A DNA stretch of 63,430 nt, filler included, from Octopus bimaculoides (taxonomy: Eukaryota): assembly GCF_001194135.2 (NCBI RefSeq). It is 7 parts of 7 records of this genome, joined end to end, with 100 filler letters (N's around TTAATTAATTAA, not from the genome) between each part and the next. Parts side by side here need not be neighbours in the genome. Positions count along the whole stretch, not along the records: positions 45,325 to 63,430 come from NC_068982.1; 6 more parts are not named here. The stretch is one strand, 5' to 3'. Numbering within the stretch: position 1 is the first letter of the stretch; every line of letters starts with the position of its first letter. The notes below the pieces were generated by a model that saw only the letters and a program-made list of their open reading frames with translations, did no database searches and was not told the origin of the DNA. The position numbers were made by a program, and so were the translations under genes. This document shows positions 49,650 through 61,808 of the stretch, piece by piece.

Positions 49650-49820
49650 TTGAAAATTATACTATTGAAGAAGATGAGTGGCTATTTCATCAAAATTGTG
49701 CAGAAAGAATTCACACTTACCTATTTGGCGTTTCTGAAGCGACAAAATTGGAATTTTCGCAATATTATCAGCTTTCTGCAACAAAAGATAGAGAATGGTT
49801 ACCGATAAGAAAACGCCCAG
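49650..49820 (+). CDS. Candidate 171-nt internal exon, product unknown
   Basis: Strong T-rich acceptor ...ctctttaaag| and donor CCAG|GTAAAT. Open in phase 1-1 (ENYTIEEDEWLFHQNCAERIHTYLFG...). No recognised homology. Confidence 0.3.
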
Positions 49821-50113
49821 GTAAATGTTCATGTTTTGTAGTGCTCAATGTTTTTGTGTTTCTTAGTTTTCAAGAATTTGTGAAATCTACATCTGCTGGC
49901 TGTTGGAACAATTTTGACCATAGGCGTTTTCTTCATTATAAGTAACTATTGTTTGGGCAGCGTCCAGAAAATATCTTGGACAACCAATTCCATTTCTTTG
50001 ACTTATTTGGTAGGAGGTGCTGTATTGTATATTTACCAGACCTCGCAATTTGCTGATATCATTATCATTGCTATCATCATCTTTATAAATTATTATTATT
50101 ATTATTATTATTA

Positions 50114-50157
<44 letters not shown>

Positions 50158-50700
50158 GGGTGAGAGAGCAGCGCTTGCCATCAAAGTGACACTGGAGTAA
50201 AATATACGAAGCCCAGTATACCCATCATGACTGCCCGTCTGATAAGAGTACACCAGGCGCATGCATCACAACCATATGTGCGCGACATGGTGATCTCATA
50301 TCAAGATAACCAGCGCATGACTTTGCAGGTAGGGCCCAGTTAGAATTTTTTTTCAGGTCGATTAGCCCATCCCGCTCAAAAGGTTCCTGAATAAGGTTTG
50401 TTTAAGGATGATGAACGGAACATTCATATTTCTAGAGGTGATTGTTCAGACCCCAAAGATGGCTATGATGCTCCTCCACTACTTCTGCTCGTGATCAGAG
50501 ATGCACATATCGTCAGCCACTAAGAGACATGCTTTGCTGGCTAAGGTTAAACAGCTGACAAGCAAATCTGTGGTATTGAACAGAATATTTGCTGTAGCCC
50601 ATCTTTTATACCAAGACAAAACAATGTACATGATAACACTTCCAATCAGTCAAGATCAGAAGCCATGAGAGCTAGTGCCTGGTACTGCATCAGGGCATTT
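50158..50700. repeat. About 540-bp non-coding interspersed element embedded in (TAT)n repeats
   Basis: A higher-GC block bounded on both sides by ATT/TAT microsatellite. No ORF. Family not identified. Confidence 0.4.
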
Positions 50701-50722
50701 ATTATTATTATTATTATCATCA

Positions 50723-50755
<33 letters not shown>

Positions 50756-52845
50756 CTTCGGAACACAGTGTAGGTAAAAATGCACCGGAGTCTTTAGTCA
50801 TCTGTCAAATCACAACAAGGACCTCAGACAGATAATACTTTCCTTAAGATGTGCGCTGTCCTCAAAAAGGCTGCTTTTTGCGAGACATCAATCTTGCATG
50901 GGATTTCCAGTTGTCTTAAGAAGTCTTGAAGTTTCAATGGAATTGAGCCCAACGCTCCGATCACCACTGGTATCACTTTTACATTATCCTCTCGCATTCC
51001 ATACAGTCTTGCCATTTCCACTTTCAATTCGGAGTACTTGATTTTTTCAATCTCTGACAGTATTTGTCTCTCTTATTCAATATGACAATATCCGGCGGAC
51101 GGTGCTCGATTACACGATCGGTCTGAAAATTATAGTCCCAGAGTATCGTTACTTTTCCATCCTCCTGCATAACTTTACTTGGTACTTACTCACACCAGTT
51201 CTCTGTTACTTCATATTGGTATTTACGGCATAAGAGCCAATGGAGATACACACACATTTTATCGTGACGACGCTTGTATTCTTTTTGTGCAAGGTTCTCA
51301 CATCCACTTACCAAGTAGGTCACATTTTCCACACTCTTTCCACAGGGTCTGCATTTATGGGTGTCAGAAGTTTTATAGATGTTAGACTTCACTGAATTGG
51401 TAGCGAGAGCCTGGTCTTGTGCAGCAATTATTAGGCTTTCTGTGGTACGCTTCAAATCACCTCGCTCAAGCCATACCCACGATGCTGTATTATCTTCAAC
51501 GTCTTGTGTATTCTTTTCAAACTGTCTATGCATTTTCATTTCAAGAAGGTCTTCTTTTCTCTTCTTCTCAGCTCTTTGGTTAAACTCTTCCTTATCCATC
51601 ATTTCATCTGCATTTACACCCATATCTTTCGCGGCATGTTGCAGCAGGTTTTCATCACTATTTATCAAATACTCGGCAAGCGTTCTCCTTTCACTCCTTA
51701 TACAATGGTCTATACTAATTAGTCCTCTGCCACCATTCTTTCTTTTCATATACAGTGTTTACGTTTGCTTTCGGGTGTCGCGCCCCATGAAGCGACATCA
51801 ACTTTCTCGTCCTTCTCGTCAGTGTTGATATTTCCTCCTTAGTCCATCTGAGGATGGACACACTATATCTGACCACCGCAACTGCCCAAATATTCATTGC
51901 GGTAATCAAATTATTGGCATTCAGGTTGGATTTCAACACCATCTTCACCCTTTTTTGATAGGCCTCGCTGACCTTGACTTTCATTTCTCTGTGTAGAATG
52001 TCATCCAGCTCCAAAATCCCTAAATATCTATACCCACTACCGTCGTATTCACCCATGGTCTCTCCTGATGGTAACCGCAATCCTCTGAAGGCTGCTTTCT
52101 TCCCTCTTTTCATATTAAGTACTGAGCATTTGATGATCCCAAATTCCATACCGATGTCCCTACCACACATCTGGACTGTTTTGGTTAAGGAATTTATCTG
52201 TTTTTCAGATTTCTCCAACAATTTCAGGTCATCCATAAACAGAAGATGGTTCAATGATGGGCCTTTCTTCCCACATCGGTAACCCATCTTAACTTTCGGA
52301 AGTGTCATTGTTATGGATATTAGTGCAATTACAAAACGTAACTGAGAAAACGAGTCACCTTGGAAGATTCCCCTTTTAATATTAATTTATCCAAGGAATA
52401 CATTACTCGAGTATAATTTGGTTTTCCACTCTTTCATACTATGCATCACAAAATTTGTGATGTTGTCAGCAACATCAAACATCTGCAGACATTCAACGAT
52501 CCAAGAAGTCAATCCAAGCCATAGACATGTTTGCATGATGTTTTTTTACAATGTCCCGAAACTGTTTTATCGACGACCAGGTGATCCTTGGTACCCTGAG
52601 AACTCTTCCTACATCCTCCCTCCTCCCCCCCCCCGGTAGTATTTCTTCCTGTGCCAGGAAAGTGTATATTTTTTCCGTACATATTCCAGTGAGTATCTTT
52701 CATTATAAGTGTTGTTCTCCCTGTCACCACCCACGCGGGGACTGTTCCTTGCTGGACACAATCATTCAGTTGAGTTGCTGGTCTTTCATGCACCGCGTGG
52801 CATCTCTTCAGCCAGAAGGTTTTAACAGACTCGGTAGCACTCAGC
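50756..52845 (-). mobile_element. R4/Dong-clade (RLE) non-LTR retrotransposon, 5'-truncated, frameshifted
   Basis: RT (NHLLFMDDLKL, YRYLG), RKNGGRGL, a CCHC-like CRPCGKSVENVTYLVSGC, RHD, QTDRVIEHRPPDIVI and VIPVVIGALG...RKVL. The 3' end abuts (AAT)n. Confidence 0.88.
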
Positions 52846-53010
52846 AGCATTTCGTCCGACTTTCTGTTCTGAATTCAAATTCCACCGAGGTCGACTTTGT
52901 CTTTCATCCTTTAAGGACCAATGAAATAAGTACCAGTTGAGCACTAGGGTCAATGTAATCAACTCTCCACCTCACCTGAAATTGCTGGCCTTGTGCCAAA
53001 ATTTGAAACT
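52835..53010 (+). mobile_element. SINE family A copy
   Basis: ttcaaattccaccgaggtcgactttgtctttcatcc...aagtaccag...ggccttgtgcc. Confidence 0.85.
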
Positions 53011-53419
53011 AGTATGTGACTTTCTAATCGCAAGAACTGAAGTAGCAAGCAAAATAAAACAAGAGTTTTGGTTCGTTGTTTTTAACATATAAAATATCAA
53101 ATACCATTACCGTATCGACCAGACTATCGGATGTTACACACCGTTGGTCACAATGCGCTTCCTCTCATTGTTGTAGCTTTCGCATGATGCCAACACACTG
53201 GATAGGCGGACAGGCCAACGTCCCTGCTAAATGTTTCGTCAGTTCGATGCAAGGACACCCATTTACAGTTGAATGGACAGGAGCAAGGTGAAATGAAGTG
53301 TCTTCCTCCTGAACATAACACACCGCCAGTCAGGAAATCAAAACCACGATCTTGCGATCACAACACCCTTACCACTTGGCCTCACGTCTTCACATCAAGT
53401 ATAGGATAAACTAAAACGA

Positions 53420-53785
53420 ATTTTCGGTCATTAGACTGCGCCCATGCTGGATCACTGTCTTGAAGAGATTTTAATAGAACGAATCGACCCCAGGACTTAT
53501 TTTTAAAGCCTGGTACCTACTCTATCGGGCCCTTTTGCCGAAACGTAAACAAACCAACATGGTTGTCAAGTGGTGGTGGCGGACAAACACAGACACAAAG
53601 ACACACACGCATAGATATAGATATATATAAGACGAGCTTCTTTTAGTTTCCGTCTACCAAATCTACTCACCAGGCCTTGGTTGGCCCAATGCAGTAGCAG
53701 AAGATACTTGTCCAAGGGGCCAAGCAGTGGGACTGATCCTGGAACCGTGTGGCTGGGAAGCAAACTTCTTACTACACAGCTATGT
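53420..53785 (-). mobile_element. SINE family B, near full-length
   Basis: Reverse complement contains both the head and the 3' half, separated by a TA/TG run. Confidence 0.85.
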
Positions 53786-55554
53786 CATATTGTATATGTT
53801 AAAAAACAATTTTAAATTCAAATCGATAATAATTAGATATTTTGTGGGGAAAAAAATAGATAAGAAAGGAAAAAAATAACTTTTTGCGACAAGGGAAAAA
53901 CCTTTAAGCTTTTCTTAGTTCCGTTTATTTTCGCTTCAGAATTATTTGATGTTGTAATTACAGAAAAAAAAAACACAAAGCTAAAATACTCTTTCCTGAT
54001 ATGACTCTTTCCTAATATTCATTCGTTGCGTTGTAAACAAACATCGAATATTTGGGAAGAATTTATGCACTTTTATATCTTTTTTCTTTTTCATATTTCT
54101 GAATTGTTTTCACGAGGGAATGATAGATTGAATAAGCTGCTGGGCGCTTCATCTCACATAGGGAAGTTGCTGGATGCGTTATTAATAAATGTTTTAATCT
54201 AAATTCTTGTTTCAAGTCAAGCAACGACATCAGCAAAAATAATCTATTAAAAAAGTAAAAAACAAGTAAACTTCGACCATTGCGTTTATTTTCTTTAATA
54301 ACATAAATCTACTGATATTGACCGAGCTTGGGAAGAAGTAAAACATGGAAAATGTAGGATCAAAGGCCATCTTTCCGATAGAGATCTTAAATCTTAACAT
54401 GACGAAGGTCAAATCAATTGGTGAGTGTAATCTAAACAAGTTTGCTGCCATCAGCTTATGGCATTCAAATTTCCGTAAAGGACACATTAAGCATTTATAT
54501 CATGACATTTTTATAACTATTAATATTTTCTATAAGTTTTCCTCTGTATATTATATTTACTGTATTCTTATTTTCCCGAATGTCACATTTTGTTAATGTC
54601 ATTGAAACTATGTAACAAATAGATTGCATATATATTTGTCTTTATTTTTATACACATATTCATTCACTTCGTTAGCACTTTCCCCTTTCACTTGTGAATT
54701 AATCAATCAAACAATCTGTTAATCAACATAACTAAACCCCATCCATCTTTCATATTTTTAACCACATCTTAATTATTTAATTACAATATTTTCTTATTAC
54801 GAAGACAGAAAACTCATTTTATCGATTTGGTAAGAATGCAAAAGTAAAGTTAAGTCTTTCGTGAATTAAGCCCAAGGGGTAAAGGACGTAACTAAATACA
54901 ACAAAACACTTTGTTCGATGATCTGCAATTCACCTCTCTTTCGAGAACCACAAAAATATCTTTTTTTCTTTTTCAAAGAAAAAAGTTTCTTGATTTAACC
55001 CAACGCTTGCCATGTGATATGAACTCACAACTCCTGAGCTCAGTGCTCTGTTCGCAAACGCTATTGAACTAATCAAGTGACGTCATAGCCTTGACTTCGT
55101 ATAAAGCCAAGCAAAGTGTATTGTGTTCCTTTACGTTTTGTATTGAAATCTTTGCCAGGGTCGATAAAATAATATTAGAGAAGTACTTGACTTGATTCGG
55201 TCTTTTCTAAAATTTGTGATGTAGGGCCATTAGAAATTATTTTCAAATTGATTTGTGTTTAATTATGATGAGATACAGTAATTTATTCCTTTGTAGTATT
55301 GTAAAGTTACTGTTGTAAATTATAGGTAATATGATCGATAAAAGAAATGGCAGGCCTTGTATTAATCTCGGTGATAAATTTTACAAAACAGTTGAATTTT
55401 CACCCGATTTCTTTAAAAAAGGAGCACCAGTTTCACCGCCTGTGTTCGGGTAGGTATTCGGATATTACAGTTTGCAACAATTGATGTATAACTGATTAAG
55501 TAAGTTTTTGTTTTACTTTTTTAAAAATTAATTAGATAAAAGAGGGTGGTGTCT

Positions 55555-55851
55555 ATGACCACTCTGGGTTCTGCTGAGTTCGATATGGTTGATGCTCATT
55601 TGAAATCTCTTTCCGTGTCTGCTGAAAAATGGCAGACAAGAAAAGAGTTGGATGAAGCTGAGAAGGAATCATTTGTTAAATTTCTCGCACCGACTCAAGG
55701 AATGAGATATAGTAAGGATGGCAGGATGCAGACAGGGGTACATTGGGTGGGTCGTGAGAAGAAGTGGTATGTTAGATTACTAGTAAAGAGAAACAAATAT
55801 TATTGTAGAGAAGAGAATAAACAATACCTTTGTTGTATAGCGTGCTGCGAA
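55555..55851 (+). CDS. Orphan ORF / candidate exon (99 codons to a GAA|GTGAGT donor; 128 aa if unspliced)
   Basis: A long stop-free frame in AT-rich surroundings, with protein-like composition and a canonical donor. No confident family assignment. Confidence 0.4.
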
Positions 55852-57144
55852 GTGAGTCTTTTCCAGTCAACCGAATGCTTTATCTTGTATTCAGCCTTGG
55901 ATATTTCTGTGTGTAATGATACCGTCTTCCCAAATATGTAAGCAGTATTCTTATATGGATCACCCTTGAGATTCAAGAAAGTTAAAAATAATTTTTAAAA
56001 AAAGATTGAAGATTGAAGCTTAACTTTTAGAGATTCAGATCAGTATGTATGTGAAATCGTTATAAGTCACGATCAGAAATTGTAAATTATCGGATTAGAA
56101 GTAACTTTAGGGCATGTTGTTATGCGTAATTCACGCATAGTGTAAAACCGTTTCATTGACATTAGTTTGTTTCTGTCTTTGGGCTATTGAAGAAGACTTG
56201 GTCCTCTTTAAAAATTATTTCAAGGCCTCTATTTACGGAGGCTGTACAGTTGTGATGAAATGTTTCGACTGCGTTTGGATGATTCCTGAATATGGGAGGT
56301 AAGGGACAAACGTAAAATTTGTAGTTAGAAGTAACAGAAAGACGTTTTTTTTTTGTGCGTAGGATTTTCTTGTAACTAGTTGAAAAAGTAAGTTTAGGAT
56401 ATTAGAATATTGGTTACATAAATGTTTCAACAACAGTATCCAGTTAGAAGATACAATGCAATTAACCGAAATTATGGTGATTCATATTTTCTCATTGTTG
56501 ATGTGATATAGTCACAGTCAAACCACTCAAATCACATCAGTCCAGTTGATTTAGCTGTACGTTGATACAGCAATTTAGAGAGTTTACTGTAGAATAATTT
56601 TTCAGTCTAAACAGCGGCATTTCTTTGGTTTTCAATGCAGTTTTCTTCTACCCATAAAGTTAATCTTATGTTCCACTGATGAATAATTTACATCACCTTT
56701 TCTAAATAACTTACTGCTCGAAAAACTCAGACACAGAATGATTAGTATCTTGTTCATTACTTCGTAATTTCAACAGATAATATAAGATGAACTTAAATTG
56801 TACATTCCCCATATCTGATTGAAAATTTTCATACTGAATTTCGATTGAATATCTTGATGTTACTCCCATTCAGTAAAACTTCTTTCGCTTGGATTTTAGC
56901 TCAGATCACAATTATTGATACGCATTTTACTGTTGACGGAGATCTTGGAGTTTTGTTTATACGGTGAATTTGCACAAATTTACGTTATAAAGAATTTGTA
57001 CGACTAAATCAAAAATATTTGCTGTAAATTACAAATCTACTGGTTATAAAAATATAAATCAAATCATCGCTTCTAAAACAAGTGAATCTAATAAAGAAGC
57101 TCGGCCAAAGACAGCAATATATGGACTTATGGTAAGAAACTATG

Positions 57145-57236
57145 CCAAAGCAGACAGCAGAGCTTGGTGCAGTCTTCTTGCTTGCCAGCTTCTGTCAAAC
57201 CGTCTGACTCATGCCAATTTGGAAAACGGATGTTAA

Positions 57237-57287
<51 letters not shown>

Positions 57288-57305
57288 TTGATGACGACGA
57301 CGACG
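57145..57305 (+). mobile_element. Old RTE 3' UTR remnant with an expanded (GAT)n tail
   Basis: gtcaaaccgtc...catgcca...ggaaaacggatgttaaa(tga)n. Confidence 0.7.
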
Positions 57306-57502
57306 ATGTTGTTCATGAAGAAAATTAAACATATTACAAACTCCACTTCTTTTATAAGCTCAGTTTGGAATAAGGGGTAGTGCCTATGACCGTCGAGTGC
57401 TCTCAAAAATTGGTGAAACTGGAGCCATTTACTTTCTGCTTAAACTGTTACAGGAAAAATAATATAGAGAGTGAATTCCCAATGCATTCTGGGAAGTAAG
57501 GA

Positions 57503-57718
57503 AGATGGCAAGCTGGCCGAAACGTTAGCACGTCGGGCGAAATGCTTAGCGGTATTTCGTCTGTCTTTACGTTCTGAGTTCAAATTCCGCCGAGGTCGAC
57601 TTTGCCTTTCATCCTTTCGGGGTCGATAAATTAAGTACCAGTTGTGTACTGGGATCGATCTAATCGAGTGCCCCTCTACCCCCAAAATTTGGTCCTTATG
57701 CCTAGAGTAGAAAAGAGT
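57503..57718 (+). mobile_element. SINE family A, near-consensus copy
   Basis: Intact A-box-like and B-box-like head (GAGTTCAAATTCC) and core GAGGTCGACTTTGCCTTTCATCCTTTCGGGGTCGATAAATTAAGTACCAG, with CpGs retained. Confidence 0.9.
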
Positions 57719-58593
57719 CTGGGAAGAAACGGTTTTAGTGATTAGTGCAGTACCTGGGAAGAGGAGAGAGGTACAACATGAGTAATGGGAAGAGGAGAAA
57801 CAAATGAGTCAAAATTACCCTAGTGGAAGTGATACAAAGACCCGTTAGCTGCGAGGATTAGAGGTCATAGTAGTGGCAATAGAGAATGCAAACAGCAGAG
57901 ATTGGAATGTGTTTGTGAGTGACTTCACAAACGGGCATTCCACACTCACAATGAAATATAACTTGTTTCTTCTATTATAACTGTGCTGTCTTAGCTCTAT
58001 AAGGTACCACCTGTAGAGTATAGTCGGCGAGAAAACGAGAGACACATGACTCAGGTTTTATCAGTGGAAATGTTTTCCTTTTCTGTCTCAAATTTGTCTT
58101 GTTATAATAATATTTACATTAAAATCTCAGCAATTCATTCATATATTGATTTATATGCTTGTTTCTAGTAGAAAATACTAAAACAGATATAAAGCGCTTC
58201 GTTAGATTAATTTTGGTTCATTCTACTAACTATGCTAGCCTCTACTTAACTATACCTTCTTTACGGAAAAAAAACCCTGAGGATTATTGCTTTGTCATTA
58301 TTTTAAATTGACTAATCAATGAATGTTTTTAAATCTAAAATATTTTATTTGTCATTCTCAAGTCTTGTTAAGCTAAACTTTGACGAGGAGATTTGAAATA
58401 TGTCCAGACTTGTCACTGTCCTTATCAAAGATCAAACCCACACCTTTTCAATTTTTTTTATCCATTTGCAATTTTTAGTGGTCTTCCTTGATATTCTTAC
58501 AATTGATTGTGATAAAATTCAGTATATATTTATATTCTTAATACCTTTTCAGAAGTCTATCATTTTTTTTTTCTTTTATGCTGTTCCTTTCAG

Positions 58594-58653
58594 AATCGGA
58601 GGTAAGAAGGAAGATACTTTCATACCAATTTCAAAAGAGGTTGTACACAAAAC
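58594..58653 (+). CDS. Candidate 60-nt exon, product unknown
   Basis: Very strong acceptor (T-run ...gttcctttcag|) and donor AAC|GTAAGT. Two frames are open. Confidence 0.25.
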
Positions 58654-58699
58654 GTAAGTCATACTTACAAAATATTTGCACACACACTTCTGCTCGCAA

Positions 58700-58830
58700 A
58701 ACGAAAGCTTAAAGATATTGGTGTAGTGACAGAGATGGCGGGAAGTGGAAGAAACGGCAAAAATGTAATTTGTGAAACAATGACAGAGCACGCGCTCGCG
58801 CATGCGCATGCACACACGCACACATGTGGT
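58700..58830. promoter_or_regulatory. Probable housekeeping-type promoter
   Basis: CpG-rich patch with AGATGGCG (YY1-like, 58733), GGCGGGAA (E2F-like), GGAAGT (ETS-like) and GCGCATGCGC (NRF1-like, 58798). A minus-strand GTAAGT donor lies at 58668. Confidence 0.45.
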
Positions 58831-58879
58831 TTGCCTTTTGCTTAAGATAAGTGTTTGATTAGTTTTTATGTTATTTTAA

Positions 58880-60330
58880 TTTTCTCTTTGTTTTATGATT
58901 CAAATTTGTTCTGATGGTGTTAAAAATATTTTGGTGATGCAGATTGTGTTCTTTTGATGGGTTCGTCTTTTTCGTGTTGTCCTAAGTTGTTCTGTGGGTG
59001 TCTCTTTTGCTCGCTGTATGCTATTTTCTATAAGTAGGAGAGGGTAATTTTGCTTGAGCAGAAATCCTTTGAGTTCTATAAGTCGTGTGTTTCTGGTATT
59101 TAGATCATTGACTATAGTACAAATTTTCCTGGCTAGGCAATACGGGATGTTGCGTTTTGTATGTGTTGTGTGGCATGATTTGAAATTTAGGTACTGGTGT
59201 GTATCTGTGCTTTTGTAATAAATATCAGTTGTGATTGTGGTGTTGTTTTTAATTACTACTATGTCAAGAAATGGCAATTGTGTTTTGCTCATTTCTCTTG
59301 TAAATTTGAGACTAGGGTGTAGATTGTTGAGGAGGGTGCTGAATTCTTCCAAATTTTCTAGGGATTTGGTCAAAATTAGGAAACAATCATCGAGGTATCT
59401 TTTCTATGTGTCCTTTATATGTCTTTTAAAGGTCATGCCGTAGTTCTCTTCAATTTTTTATATAGGTTTTGTTCCACGTATCCTAATACTGAGCTCGCGA
59501 AGACTGGAGCAAATCGCATCCCCATAGCTGTGCTTTGAATCTGTAGGTAGTTTTTTTTCCGTTGAAAAGGAATGTATTGTTTTTGAGGATGAGGCTGACC
59601 GTGTCTAGTATGAAGGTTACAGAAAATCTACTGGGGATCACTTCTCTATGTTTCTCGACCCAATATTTTATGGCAGTAAGTCCTAAATCGTGTGGAATGT
59701 TCGTATATAAGTTTGTTACATCAAAACTATCAGTGAATAGGATTCTGTTGTTTTGGGAAGATGTGACAGAAAATCGATGTCATTCCGAATAAAACTGGGT
59801 ATGCGACTACATAGTGGTTTTAGGATAATGTCAAAGAGGTTGCTCAGACGATGTGTAGGACAGGCTGGACCAGCTATAATGGGTCTTAGTTTAAGGTCTT
59901 TCGGTTCTAGTAGTTTTATGTATTCACAACCTTGTTCCTTTATAGCGTTCTGTATTTCTTTTGACATGTATTTTGGGTAAGCCATAGAAGTTGCTGGATT
60001 TCGACTCAATATAGTTCCTTTCATTAGAAGTGTTATAATGTTTTGAGACGAGATAATTGAGTTTCTTCATGATGCGGTGGTCAATATTCGAGACAGGAAA
60101 TGCATTTGGGAACGCTCACGAGTCCACAGACAACAAATCCGGAACACCAATGTTCGCCAAATTCCATTGAGCGAACTTATAGAGACATGTGGTCAGAAAG
60201 TGTTTCTAACTTTTCCTTTCCACAAACCACATGACACAAGTGAGGTTGGAAGAAAAATAAAAGAAAAACGGTTTATTAAAATGTTCAAACCTGTTCTGAA
60301 CAGAAATAACAACAATGATATAACAACCAA
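58880..60330 (-). mobile_element. Penelope-like element: RT on the minus strand plus an inverted GIY-YIG C-terminal piece
   Basis: KLRPIIAGP, TAMG, RYLDD, LPFLDI and DIYYKSTDTHQYL...IPY on minus. On plus, 60077-60310 reads VHRQQIRN...RQIPLSELIETCG...RKIKEKRFIKMFKPVLN. Confidence 0.85.
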
Positions 60331-60649
60331 TTAATGATGTGGGTTAAAAATATCTCTAGCTTATAAATATAAACAAATTACAGAATATCGGAACGCCTGG
60401 TAAACCATGATGTTTGAGATGCATGTGGATTAGTCAAAACCGTATTCTAAAAATTCAGCTTGTTGGAGCGTTCTAATAGGAACTAAAATTGTCAAGAACT
60501 CAACTGTCAGTTACACACATTTGAAATCTTATGATTACTCTATGTATGAAAGCGCTATGCACGAAAGAGCTATGCTATATGACCATTACAAAATATTTTT
60601 TAATGTTAAAATACCATAATGAAAAGAAAAAAACGTGAAAACCAGACCA

Positions 60650-61808
60650 TGTTTTAGAGAGTTCGTGTTGAGTGAATTGTATCCAGGTATAGGTGGCTTA
60701 TCCGGTATTCTTTGAAGAAATTTGTCCAGATCCCGTTTAAAGGAGATGGGATCCCTTCTTTGATCTGTTTTGGGACAATGTTAAATAGGGCAGAGTCTGT
60801 TGAGGAAAAGAAATTGTGTTGCAGTGTATTTATGCGTTGTAATCCTGAATTGGGTAGGGGACGTATGGCCCGTGGTCCTAGCCTTGGATGAATTTTGAAG
60901 CTAATGTTGAGGTCGTTTAGGCAATGCTGGTGGCATATTCTCCACATCGTACAAATGATGTATCGCTCACGGCGGCGCAAGGAGAGAATAGAGTTTCAAT
61001 GCTTTTAGGCGGTCTTAATTCTTTTAGTGAATGCCCTTAATTATTTAAGTGAATGCTTTCTGGGGTGATTCAGTTTTCTAAATGTTTTGTTTTGTATGGG
61101 GAGACTATACGAGGCAGCAGTATTAGAGGTGTGGCCGTACAAAGGAGAAGAACAGAGGAATGATGACACCTTGTTTTCTGGACCGGAAGATTCTTAGGAT
61201 CCAGGAGCTCCTCCTACGAACTATATTGACCTTATTATTGATCTGGGCACTCCAGCTGAGATTGTTGTCATCAGTTACTCCTAAATCTCTGATATTATTA
61301 GATGCTATGAGTGGTTCTCCCGAAGGAAGGGAGTATGGCTGTTTAGTATATATTCTTTCTTCCAAAATGCATCAGATCAAAATTTCCCTCGTTTAGATGC
61401 ATTTTATTTTTGTCTCACAGCATGTAGATCAGACTGGAGTTCAGTTCGGTCTTCTCCATTGATAATTTTCTGGAGCTTGGAGTCATCAGCGGATATTTTC
61501 ACTTTGCTGTGTTTTATGACGCTGGAAAGGTCGTTTATATAGACTATAAAGAGAAGCGGGTCCAAAGTAGTTCCCTGAGGGACACCACTAGTGACGTTTG
61601 CTGGGCTTGAGTGGATTCCACCGATCACAACTTGTATTCTGTTCTCCAGGAAATACTCAGGCCAGTGTAGTAGTTTTTCACGGATTCCAAGATTTGACAA
61701 TTTTGACAGTAGGATATTGTGGTCGACTCTGACGAATGTTTTAAGGAAGTCAAGATATATGATATCAGAGTTCGAACCTGATCCCAAGGCTTTAAGGACA
61801 ACATCGAT
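60650..61808 (-). mobile_element. CR1-group LINE RT and C-terminus, decayed
   Basis: IIYLDFLKTFVRVDHNILLSKL...SGVPQGTTLDPLLFIVYINDL...SADDSKL, IRDLGV and FFSFVRPHL. Confidence 0.9.
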
